From: Minutocellus sp. GHC0000111 | Lineage: Eukaryota | Reading direction: 5' to 3' | DNA length: 64,000 nucleotides | Assembly: GCA_977018835.1 (NCBI GenBank) | Contig: OZ361257.1 | Span: 2,542,001-2,606,000 of the forward strand | Part shown: one piece after another, positions 47,261 through 58,121 of the stretch | Numbering within the stretch: the first letter of the stretch is position 1 | Layout of the letters: each line of letters starts with the position of its first letter | Translations under genes and position numbers: made by a program | Notes under the pieces: generated by a model | Databases searched by the model: none | What the model was told of the DNA's origin: nothing | What the model saw: only the letters and a program-made list of their open reading frames with translations

Positions 47261-48690
47261 TCAGCACTGTACCGCGGTGTTGCTCTCCCTTGCCCATTGC
47301 TGCTCGGGGGGCAACAGACGCTTGCCTTCGACAAGCGAAGGGAGACGCTTGTGGTGATGAAGGGGGTGAAGATGGTTCTGCTTCTCCTCGCCATGGTCAT
47401 CACCACTGTCAAGGCTCTTGGATATCTGCAAGCCTAGGAGTGACGGGGCCCTTTCCAGCACGCCCATGGTAGCGACGGCCGTGACGGAGGCAACTCCGGC
47501 GTCGTCAATAATGCCAATCATTTCCAGGTTGCCCGAACATCCTCGTCGGTGGCAGGCGGCGTTGACATCGGGACTGATCATGAGATCGAGCGGCGACTGG
47601 AGGGCATCGACCTCCCTCTTGGCCCGCTCGAGCATTTCCTCCAACGTGAGCGATTCGCCAGTATCGGGAGTCACCGGAATGACCATGACTTCGTTCCTCT
47701 CGTTGACAAAGAGCATGTGCGCCGTGGCCTCGCCGACGCACGTCTTCCTCAGTCCAGCGCTCATAATGGTGACCTTGCCCTCCTCGTACACCACGGCACA
47801 CTTCTCGTCTACCCCCAGACCAAAGATGGGGGACTCGTCGTCCCGGTTGTAGTTCTCCAGGAGCATCTTCTTGGCAATGTCGACGCGTGCGATGCCATTG
47901 GTCCCCGTGGTATCAATGTGTGGCACGCAGAACGCATTGATGTATCCCATACAAGTGATGCGAACGAAGGACCAATCCAGCCGCTCCTCTGCACTTAAAT
48001 CGGTCAGCACTTTCTCTGCCAATTTGCAAGCCTCTGGCTTCAATGAGTCTGTTTGCATTGAGTCGGACCAGCTGCGTGATGCAGAATTGAGAGTTGGAAG
48101 TGTGGTGAGATGAATGGTGAAATGATGCATAAGAAATCACATTGCTAGCAGAGTCATCGAACTTACCATCCACAGCCGGCGCTCCCACCGCACATGACGG
48201 TACCATTGGAAGCGGCCTCTCTCAACAGCTGGTCCAGCCCAATCGACTGCCATCGCAGCATGGCAAAGAGCGAATTGCCCCCCGATACCATGATGAGGTC
48301 GGCCCAGTCCACGACGATCCGTCGCATCTCTTCCGGTGAGGGCGTCGTGCACTCCTTGGCCACCATGAGGCGCTTGATCTTGCACCCGATTGAGCGGAAG
48401 CTTTCGGTCCCGCTGTCGTACTTGTCGTCCCGATCGAAGAAGGGGGTGCCTATGTACACGACGTTGGGCTTGTCTTTGCTGGTCATGGAGATGAGCTTCC
48501 GGAAGATGGGAGGTTCGTGGACCGCATTGCCGCTTCCGGTGGTGAGAATCTTGGGATAGACGGTGGTCTGCTTGTTTTGCTTCTGAAGGGGCTTGCCGGG
48601 TGCCACTCCGTCTACACGAAAGTTGGTATGGACATGCGGCTTGAGGGTGTGATTGATGACAAAGTCGGAGGCGAGCTCGAATCTTCCCAT
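47261..48690 (-). CDS. Peptidase S51 (dipeptidase E/cyanophycinase-like), two exons
   Basis: VYIGTP, ADLIMVSGGNS, GGSAG nucleophile elbow, CVPH, GLGVDE; intron 48072-48166; true stop position uncertain. Confidence 0.85.
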
Positions 48691-49327
48691 GGCTGATGGA
48701 TGGATGTGCTGTTGCGATGATGCGGGTATCTGACTGGCGGCAGCAATTGTAGAGTGGCTACTTTTGGAGCACTGGTCTGGGATCGGGATGTGCTCGAATT
48801 GACGAAGGGGTGGTTCCTTGCACACGCAGCGAAAGTACGTGCTGATTCTTGAGAACAAAGCTCAAGTGCTGCGAGAAGTGAGAGGATGCAGTGCGTCCCC
48901 GCCTCTCCAACTTCCTTCTCGTTCTCGCTTCTTCGGCCAAGGATGCGGCTGAGGAAATGAAATCATGCGGTTCGGAACAGTTCCGGGTTCTGAAGCAGAT
49001 CTGACACATCAGCACAAAAAATGCGCCATTCGCATGGCGGGCTGGCCCTGCAATTAATTTACAAGCATGGCGGGCTAAATCGGTCTTGTAGGCAACGCGA
49101 AGGTGGCGGCAATTTGAATTGAGTGCAAGCAAGGCACTACCGCGTGCGTGGCCGAAAGGGACGGAATACCCTCCGACTTGGGGATAGCCGGGAGAGGTGT
49201 TGCTTTGGCTCAAGTTCGTTTTTTGTGGGGCAACGACGCGACCGAACGAACCCCGCTCTGACCTGCCCTCATTCTTCGGCACTTGCAGCTTGCAGCAACG
49301 GCAGCAGCAGCACCAAAGTTGGTCAAG

Positions 49328-52300
49328 ATGATGGCCGGCAACAAAGCACAGTCATCACCGCCCCCCACCGCCGCTGCCACCCGTCCAACCATGGGCAGCA
49401 GCAGCGGCACCCTGCAGCGCGCCGTCAACTTTCTGCGCGATCCATCAATTGTATCCAATCCCGATGCCAATGCGAAAATACAATTCCTGCTGACCACCGG
49501 GCTGAGGAGGGAGGAGGTTGCGGCGGCGATGCATATGGCGGCCCAGGATGGCACTACTGCTGGTGACGGCAACGGCAGCAATGACGCGGATGGCAACGAT
49601 GGTGGCGGTATCGTTGCCATGAACGATGCGACCTTGACGCCGGCAAAGCTCAGGGCCCCAGCGGCCAAGGCGGACTCGCCGGCCACGGCCCCAATGCCGA
49701 TGACCCCCGATTTCGATCGGCACAACGAGCACAAGGACGAAGTCGACGACGTCGAGTTGGACGGGCAATCAGCAGCCAACGCCGCCACTGCCACGCCTCG
49801 GCATGCCGCCGCAAACGCAAATGCCGCGGAGGAGGAAGATGCCCACGCCCCGCCGATCCATCACATCAACTACTGGACCTCTCACCGTCGATCCGACGGC
49901 TCGGGCTCGGCGGATGGTGGTGCTCCAGCCTCGTCCTCGTCTTCTTGTAGCTCTGTTTCATCTGACGGGTACGGCTCCAACGCCCACTCGCACTCGCACT
50001 CGCATTCGCAGGCCCACTCATTGACCCACTCCAACATGCTCTCCCACTCCCTTGCCTACTCTCGTGGCGGCGGTGGTGGCGGTGGTGGTGGATACGCCTC
50101 GTCCAACGCCAGCGGATCCAATATTGGAAGCAACATCGGGAGCAACCTTGGTTCCAACATCGGAAGTAATATTGGCAGCAGTCCAGGACAGAGGAGCGTC
50201 GCCAGCACGGCCGGGCAGCGTAGCTGGAGGGAGGCGGCGCGCTTCCCCGGCCGGACCAAGCTGGCGCGGTGGGTGGCCGGCAGCAGTGTTGCAGGTGGTA
50301 GCAGCACGCGATCGTCCAATGGTGAGGACAAGGTGTGCGATGGCAGCGACGATGGGGCAGAGGAGTACAAGCCCCTGCCGGTGGACTACTCGGGCGTGGT
50401 AGACACCAACGGCGGCGGCAACGGTGGAGAGGATGCCGACCTCGGGATGATGACGCAGCTGGCAGCATTTGCCGTTACGACCACAACGACGACGGTGGAA
50501 GATACTGATGACAACTTTAGTCCCGTGGAGGTGATTGGCCATGTCGATGGGTCGGGTACCGGTGATGATGCCGCCATAATGGAAGAGAAGGAGGTCGATG
50601 TGTCGGCGTTGACGGGCAGCGATTTGATGGGGGAGGTGGGTGGTGGTGCCGCTGTTGAGGAGGAGGAGGGCACCGGTGGGGGTGATGGTGATGTTGTGAA
50701 TATAGTCAGCTACAACGACGAGGAGGAAGACGAGAGTGTCGCCATGAAATCCATCGACCTTGGCGATGCCGCAAGCGCAAAGAGTGCCGAGATCGGTATT
50801 GAGGAAAAGGCACTCGCTGCTGGGACAGAAAATACTAGCGTTCAACAAGCCCCGAAGAACCATCCCAAGCAGGACGAAGAGCCAACGGAGCAGGCCGAGG
50901 CACCACCCCAACCTCCTCGAGCCAACATAGCCTCGGCCTCGCGGCGGATGCTGCTCCAGATCCAAGAGCGGCGGCATGCCGCCATGCTGGCTCGGGAGGC
51001 GGAAGAAGCCAAGAACGGCCACCACGCCGGAGATGCCGCAACCTCCAACGAGCACGGGGCTGCGAGCCGAGCCTCTCGGTTCTTTGCTCGGGCGGTGCGC
51101 AAGGCGTCGAGGGACCGGGTTGGAAGTGCTGCCGATGTCGGCGGCGGCCTTGCTCCGCTAGAAGCTGGGATGGGACCGACGCTGGTGGCGGCCATTGCAG
51201 CAGATGTCGAGGCAGAGGCAGAGGCCGAGGGTGTGGATCAGTCCAATGCTTGCGATACGAACGGGAACAATATCAGTATCGATAGTGATGACAAGCCTCC
51301 CTCCACATCTCCCTCCACCGACGAAGAGGAAGGCGAGGTAGATACTGGAGTAGTTGTCAACCTCAACACATCTGGTACCAGTGCGAAGGCAGGCAGGTCA
51401 AGAGCCGATTCCAAGATAAGCGAAAACCACAGCGATCTGGAACAGTGCGAGTGGTTGGAAACTTCGTTGTCGGAGGAGGATAGCGAGGAGGGCACGAACG
51501 CCGAGGCCAATGAAGCCGAAACGGATGAGGGCGATGATGCCGATTTACCTTCCCAAGCTTCGCTGTCATCCAAGTCCTCATCGATCAGGTCCAATGCGGG
51601 ATCAGCACCTGCCGAAGAAGTCTACGGAGACGATTTTTCCGACGTTGAAGCGCAAGATGAGGAAGATACATTGCCCGAGGAAGAGAAGGCCTCGCCGGCG
51701 GCAATACTTCCTGAAACTAATAGCTCTGCTCCGTCTGCGCAGGACCTTCCAATGGCATCTCGCCCTGAGGAGGCGCCAAGCGAAGCGACGGAAACCACAC
51801 CCGAGAAGACGCCCGAGGTCGCCGCCGGAAGAGATGAAAATGAAGATAATGACAATGCAAATCATGCTGAGGTTGCAGCCGCCGCCACCGCAGCCCTCGG
51901 GGCAGCTGCTGTCGGTACGGCAGCGGCCGTTGCTGTGGCAGCAGCTCAGACAAAGAGCCCGCCCCCTATTGCATCTACACCTCCTACACATGTTGAGCAA
52001 TCCATCACCCCAACGTCTTCAAGCCTTGGCCTCCTCATGTCTTCTCTACGAACTGCGGCAGCCAAATCACCAAGTGAGCTGAACAGCAACATGTCTCGAG
52101 AGCCCCCTACAACAAGCACAACGCTTGAATCAGTTGACGAGGCCACTACGGAAGAAGGTGCCAGTCAGTACATTGAAGATAAAACGCAGGAGCTCGATAA
52201 AACGCAGGAACTCGATACTGCATATGAGTTCTATGAAGATCAAGTGGCGGAGGATAACGATGCTGTCGAAGAGAGTCGATCAAGTCCCAGCGACGAGACC

Positions 52301-53305
52301 TTATCTGAAGATTCTCTACAAGATCGTATAACTTCCATCTCTCAGACATTCATCGAAGATGATACCATTGACGATATCCAAAGCGCCGTTCCGCCACCGC
52401 CAAGTAGGCGAAGCGACGAGTCATTGATGAGGACCGGTGATGCAGGCATCTACCAAGGGGAGAGCATTCCTCACGGTTTTGGTAGTATGGCGTTTACCAA
52501 TGGAACTAGGTTCGTCGGCAACTGGGTCCACGGCGAACCATCTGGAGAAGGCACCTTGTATCTTGCCAACGGAGAAGCAAAGCATGGCCGGTGGAAGGAT
52601 GGTGCTTTTGAGCAGTATGGCTATATTGCTACGAGCGATGAACAAGATGGTGAGGTCTTGGAAACCTCTGTATCGTCGTCTGACTCATCGTCTAACTCGC
52701 CTTCTTCTGGATACGACCAAGCAGATGATGAGATGTCCGCCCAAGATATAAATCGAACAAAATTCTCCTCCCGTCGTTCGATCGACCCTTCGGGTTGGGA
52801 CGAAACAAATGATCCTTCGGTCTGCTCGACGCTTGAACCCAATCGACGAAATTTGGATGATGCCAAGTCTGTTGCTTCTAGCCCAGAACGACCCAAGGGG
52901 CGTGCTAGCAAGGGCGCGAGCGCGGCAGCTCGCGCCACTATTCCCAATGGTGACTTAGCAGCACCTAGCGACAACGATTTATTCTACCACGAAGATCGTG
53001 ATCTCGAGAAGGGGGAAACAGAAAGCGCCATGCAACGACGCCGAAAATATCTAAGGGAGAAGAGATGGTATTCTTGCCTCCCAATTTTACTCGTTTTCGG
53101 CGGTGCCGCTTGTTTAGGAGGAGGAATTTATGTCTGGTGGCTGTATCTCGGTCCTGGGAAGGAAAATGCCAATTCTTCTGCCGTAGCCTCGAGTGATTCA
53201 GACCTCGGTGACTCATTTTCTGGGCCAACCATTGGCGTTGTGGAGACTATGACATCTTCAAGTAGACCTATCAGGGACGACGACGGGTCGGAAGATGTCG
53301 TATAG
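49328..53305 (+). CDS. Large disordered protein with Pex14_N-like N-terminus, MORN repeats and a near-C-terminal TM
   Basis: LQRAVNFLRDPSI...KIQFLLTTGLRREEVAAAM; YQGE..PHGFGSMAFTNGTRFVGNWVHGEPSGEGTLYLANG..HGRWKDG; TM LPILLVFGGAACLGGGIYVWWLYL. Confidence 0.8.
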   Translation: MMAGNKAQSSPPPTAAATRPTMGSSSGTLQRAVNFLRDPSIVSNPDANAKIQFLLTTGLRREEVAAAMHMAAQDGTTAGDGNGSNDADGNDGGGIVAMNDATLTPAKLRAPAAKADSPATAPMPMTPDFDRHNEHKDEVDDVELDGQSAANAATATPRHAAANANAAEEEDAHAPPIHHINYWTSHRRSDGSGSADGGAPASSSSSCSSVSSDGYGSNAHSHSHSHSQAHSLTHSNMLSHSLAYSRGGGGGGGGGYASSNASGSNIGSNIGSNLGSNIGSNIGSSPGQRSVASTAGQRSWREAARFPGRTKLARWVAGSSVAGGSSTRSSNGEDKVCDGSDDGAEEYKPLPVDYSGVVDTNGGGNGGEDADLGMMTQLAAFAVTTTTTTVEDTDDNFSPVEVIGHVDGSGTGDDAAIMEEKEVDVSALTGSDLMGEVGGGAAVEEEEGTGGGDGDVVNIVSYNDEEEDESVAMKSIDLGDAASAKSAEIGIEEKALAAGTENTSVQQAPKNHPKQDEEPTEQAEAPPQPPRANIASASRRMLLQIQERRHAAMLAREAEEAKNGHHAGDAATSNEHGAASRASRFFARAVRKASRDRVGSAADVGGGLAPLEAGMGPTLVAAIAADVEAEAEAEGVDQSNACDTNGNNISIDSDDKPPSTSPSTDEEEGEVDTGVVVNLNTSGTSAKAGRSRADSKISENHSDLEQCEWLETSLSEEDSEEGTNAEANEAETDEGDDADLPSQASLSSKSSSIRSNAGSAPAEEVYGDDFSDVEAQDEEDTLPEEEKASPAAILPETNSSAPSAQDLPMASRPEEAPSEATETTPEKTPEVAAGRDENEDNDNANHAEVAAAATAALGAAAVGTAAAVAVAAAQTKSPPPIASTPPTHVEQSITPTSSSLGLLMSSLRTAAAKSPSELNSNMSREPPTTSTTLESVDEATTEEGASQYIEDKTQELDKTQELDTAYEFYEDQVAEDNDAVEESRSSPSDETLSEDSLQDRITSISQTFIEDDTIDDIQSAVPPPPSRRSDESLMRTGDAGIYQGESIPHGFGSMAFTNGTRFVGNWVHGEPSGEGTLYLANGEAKHGRWKDGAFEQYGYIATSDEQDGEVLETSVSSSDSSSNSPSSGYDQADDEMSAQDINRTKFSSRRSIDPSGWDETNDPSVCSTLEPNRRNLDDAKSVASSPERPKGRASKGASAAARATIPNGDLAAPSDNDLFYHEDRDLEKGETESAMQRRRKYLREKRWYSCLPILLVFGGAACLGGGIYVWWLYLGPGKENANSSAVASSDSDLGDSFSGPTIGVVETMTSSSRPIRDDDGSEDVV

Positions 53306-53497
53306 CGATTTGGTTCAGCCCCCAAGATATAATAGAAGGTTTGGCTCTATACATAGTGACAAATAGCTCTGCTCTAATTTACTTCCACTTACTACACAAC
53401 TTCAATTCATAGGTACACACAAATAGTTCACAATCAAAGGCCGCAATTCCTGACCACCAAATCTCTCTTTTTTTGCTAGCAAGCGAACAGTCCGGCC

Positions 53498-55601
53498 CTA
53501 CTGTGCAACCAAATCGTAGATTTTAACGTGTCCAGTATTCGTCGAGCCCATGCCTCCGTAGGGAACACCAACAGCAAGCACCGATCCATCGGCGCTAAGG
53601 GATACGGTGGCTCCGCTGGTTCCGAGGGCAATGTCGTCACCGACCGTGCTCCAATCACCGGTAGATTCGTCGTAGTTATACACGCGGACAAATGCATTGT
53701 CGCTATCGTAGGCGGCCGAGGTATTGATATATTGACCCCAGTCTTCGCTCCAATTTTCTTCATCGAGGTTTCTACGCTCATCTATCTTTTGCAATGCCCT
53801 TCGGAGGTTGTGGCCGTAATTCCGTCCATCGATGGGGAGCTCGTCAATCGCCTCATCGTCATCCATGGACAAGGGAGATGAGTCCATGCCGAGACCACCT
53901 CCAACAGGACCGTCTAATGGTGCATCGCCCAAGGCATTGTTCAGGGCATCGCCGACGTGCACGGCGCCCTCCCCACCTTGGCCACGATTGCCAACGGCAA
54001 TGGCGATCGTGTTGCCGTCCTCGCTCAAGGCAATGCCGGTGGTGCCTTCGTGAGCTGCCATCTCCGGTCCGATGCTAATGCCCTTGCGGTTCCACCACCC
54101 GCCGGTACTGCTATGGACGTACTCCAGAACACTAACCTCGTGCTTCTCAGTGTTGGTACACGCCGTAAGGGTGGGGTCGGCATTCTTGAAGATGTGGCAG
54201 TCCGGAAGACTGACGGCGGCCGACATTCCATTGCCAGATAGTGCGGAATGACTGGTGATGAAGTCCGGAAAGCTGGCCTTGACGATCCACCTTCCATTGA
54301 CATTCTCATACGCCCGTCCACTGAACACCAACGTTTGGGCATCCCAACTCAAGTCGATGCTAAAGTCAAAGTCGTACGCGCCCAGTACATCGTCCTGCTG
54401 GATCCACGTCGATTCATCTCCACTCAATTCAAATACCGTGGCAACGGAAGGGCAGATGCGGCAGATGGCATCGGCATTGTGCGCAACGGCCAATGTGGCG
54501 CCGTCGGCACTCAGGCTGACTGAACGGGCCCCCCAAATGTCGACGATGCGGGTCCCGTACACCCTCCACTCACCACGGTGCAGCTCGTAGGTGATGACGG
54601 TGGACTCGTGCGAGTCGGCCACGGCGAGGCGGTTGCCGTTGGCGCTGAGGATGGCGACGGTGCCCGGGAGGGATCGGTCGACGAGGGCCCACGTACCGTC
54701 GGCCTGACGACGGTGTACTTGGATGGTTTGCGATTGCTTGGCGCTGATGGCAACGAGGGTGGCGTCGGCGGAGAAGGATACGGTCGATCCCAGTGTTTGG
54801 AGGTTGGGATCCTCGAGGTGCATGTCTTGGAGCCAGGTTATTTCGTACGAGGAGGTGGAGGAGGAGGTCTTTTCATTGTTGGTGGTGGGTGCATTCATAC
54901 TTGGTTTGGTAGGTTTGCCATCTACCTCTGGAACGCCCATCCATCCTGGTCCATGGGCGTCGTTGATCTGTTGAGCAACACCGTTCCGTCCTCGGACCGA
55001 ACTCACGCCGGTCGCCACAACGACGCCAACGAGGGCCAGGGCGGCCACCATCATGACGCATCTCATCTTTCTGCGACCCTGGTCGGAATGGTCGCTACCG
55101 GAAGGGCAGCTCATGAGGGCCAGCCGATCCAGGAAGGAAGATCCATGACGGACGCCCTCCTCGCTTCCATTGTCCATGGGCAGATGATCGACGGCGGCGG
55201 CGGTGGTGGCGTCGTGAATGCTGGCAGCCTTGGCGGCGAGGTGGTCGCCGAGCTGCTTCTTGCCGGACATGCCATTGCCATTGTGCTGGCTGAGCGACAG
55301 GCCCTCCTCCCCGAGGGGGTGCATGGGCCCGTGGGGGTCGGCGTCGCCCCCGCCGGCGGCAAAGATGTCGTCCAGCCGCACGTCGAAGCCGGCGCCCTCC
55401 TCGAGGAGGTCGCCGTCGGCGTTGTAGGATTCCAGGACGGTGTCGTGCGTGGCGGTGCGGCGGTGGGAGGGGTGGCCGCTGTTATTATTGTTATTGTTGT
55501 TGGTATTGTTCGTGGCGTTGGTAGATCCCTGACCTCCCTCGACCCGACGGGCGAGGGAGGCGCGAAGGATGCTGGCCGCTGCTGCTGCTCGCGGCGGGCA
55601 T
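53498..55601 (-). CDS. Type II membrane protein with an extracellular beta-propeller (FG-GAP-like repeats)
   Basis: TM VMMVAALALVGVVVATGV; repeats VSLSADGxxLAV / IALSEDGNTIAI / GHVKIYDL; reading frame open upstream of 55381, ATG at 55601 one base out of frame. Confidence 0.75.
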
Positions 55602-55933
55602 GGTGCAATTTTTATGATTGTGTAATATGAGAGTTAGGGACTACTTTGCTTTGCTTTCAATGGCCGTGGTCTACTTTCAAGCACGCACGCTCAGATTCTT
55701 AGTTCGTTGTCAAAAGTTAAGTTGTGCTGATTTTCAAGCAGGGGCAGCAATAATCCAGGACTGCTGCTACCAAGCAAGTGGCAGGTACTATTTCACTTCG
55801 ATGGGCATTCTTAGTATCGTCTTTTCCCCAAACGCGGCCCTGCCAAAAATCCAAAGTCAATCTTGTCTCTGAGCTACCAATGGTATTTCGCTCGGAATGG
55901 CGTAGCGTAGGTCGGCTCGCAGGTTCGCATCTC

Positions 55934-55955
55934 TTAGGGTTAGGGTTAGGGTTAG
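55934..55955 (+). repeat. Interstitial telomeric tract (TTAGGG)3 TTAG
   Basis: ttagggttagggttagggttag read directly. Confidence 0.9.
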
Positions 55956-56136
55956 CCCTGCGAACCCGAGTCTTCAAACTCACAAAAACCATGCGGACAA
56001 AATAAATGCGTGGAGGCGAAATTTCACCGCGATTTTTAGCCTCACACACTTTTCTGTTTACAATCGAACGGTACCAACCGAACCCCTTGCATTGAATTAT
56101 TTGCACGACAGTGACCCAATAATAGAGAGACTTACC

Positions 56137-57972
56137 ATGGGAGTTTGGAGTTCTGCCATTACACTGTGGGAGAGCACAGTCGGTGGTCTATGCATAGGTG
56201 CGTAGCGAAAGTCTCGAAGTTCACAGAGTCTCAAGCCGGTCCAGGCCAAAAAACACCGGCACTCGAATCAAATCAAATAGTGGGCCGGAGAATCTTTGTT
56301 TGGGGCACGGAATCGATGGAATTGGCCACCACCATGTCTTTGTTGTCGATCTTGAAGGGCTGCTGTAAATCATCGTTTCACGTGGCGCATGTGATGTGTT
56401 ATTTGGGTCGTCCTCGACTTACATTTGTAGATCGACACGACGACAAGAAAACACTCCGCGATTATCACAACCCAATCGGTCTATCTCACGCACATTCATA
56501 TTCATACCTGTATCTTCCTCATGTTTTCAACCTGTGCTGACCTTCTTGCGCATACAGGCCTTGCAGCCCTCTTCCTCCTTCATGGAGCCGGGGAGGTCCT
56601 GGCCTTCACCTCCTTAATGGGAACCTTCACTTCCCATCCCCTCGATACCATCCGTTCGTCTGAGCAGGGTTGGAAATGCGCCTTCATGGCCAGCTTCCTC
56701 CTCACCGTCCAGCTCCTGGTCAATCTGCCCAACTTCAACGCCGCCAACGGGGGCATCTTCGACCCCCTCACCTACACCCCCCTCTGGGTCGTGGCCGTCA
56801 GCGGCCTCCTCGCCGGCTTCGGCACCAAGTGCGCCAACGGCTGCACGTCCGGCCACGGCATCAGCGGCGTCGGACGGATGAGTCCCAGATCCATCGTCGC
56901 CGTATGCACCTTCATGGGCATGGCCTTCTTCACCACCAGCTTTTGCAGTCCGGCCTTTCCACGCATCTACAAGGCCACCCGTCTGCAGGAGGGGATCCTG
57001 TATGAGTCCAAGGTTGCTACCGGATTTGGCATCTTCTTTACGGCCCTGTTCTGCGTGGCCACCGTCGTCAATGTCGCCTATGTCGTCAGAGAACGGAAGC
57101 TGGCCCAGCAGACTCAGGATGATGCCAACGACGGCAAGGTAGAGGTTGGGACGGTACCGGCTACCGCGCACTCTACCGACAATAATCATAAGGAAGAGGA
57201 GGCCGCGTCTCCCGCCGAACAAGATGACCAAGATCAAGACATTGAGGCTCAAATATCTTCCGCCGACAACAAACAACAAGAGCAAGAACTGCAGTTCGCC
57301 AACGACGACAACGACAACGGCTGCACACTCGAGGAGGAAGAGGTATCCCCGAACATTTCGTACATCTTCAAGATCTTCGCCGCCATTTGTGCCGCCCCCA
57401 TCTTTGCCTTTGGCCTGTCCTTCGGCGGCATGGCCAAGCCGTCCAAGATCATTGGCTTCTTCGACCTGACCGGATTCACCCGATCGCAGTACGATCCCAG
57501 TCTCATGTTCCTCTTCGCCGCCGGTTGTGGCGTCTCCTTCGTCGCCTACCAGTTCGTCGCCGGACACGGCGTCTCCTTCATCCAAAGTCGCAACCCGTAC
57601 GTCCGAACTCGATCCCTCTCCGGCGACATCTACCACATCTGCAAGGCCAACCAGATCACCAAGAGCCTCATCATCGGGTCCATGATCTTTGGCATCTCCC
57701 TGGGCATCGCCGGGTTCTGCCCGACCCCGTCCCTCATCATGGCCCTGGCCGGTCGGTGGGACGCCTTCTTCGTTTGGCTTCCCCTCTTCCTCGTCGGCCG
57801 GGCGATGCACATGATCTGCTTCGGGAGGAGGGAGATGGAGCGGGCACGGCAAGAGCACGAGCGCAGGAAGCAGCAACGGAAGAGCTCTCGTACGTCGTCG
57901 AGCCGCGAATCGTCCTTCGAGAGCTTCTGGCGACGAACGACGATGCACCGTCATTCTAGTGTCGCCGGGTAG
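56137..57972 (+). CDS. YeeE/YedE (sulfur-compound transporter) family protein with two fused halves, two exons
   Basis: Exon 1 MGVWSSAITLWESTVGGLCI, intron 56198-56557, then GLAALFLL; GLLAGFGTKCANGCTSGHGISG..SPRS; FGLSFGGMAKPSKIIGFFD, DPSL, GFCP. Confidence 0.9.
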
Positions 57973-58121
57973 GGCGAGCAGAGGAGTGGACAAACAACCA
58001 AGTCCATAGGTTAGGTCAGGTTTTGTACATGGGATGCTACGTAGATTGTAATATAGACTTTTTGATGATACAATCGCCGCATGCCTGTTCTTAATAGGTT
58101 ATGAATGACGCCATCACTTTG

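Noticed and set aside
50115..50180. GSN(I/L) x5 12-bp repeat
   Set aside because: Ordinary coding low-complexity slippage within a disordered region
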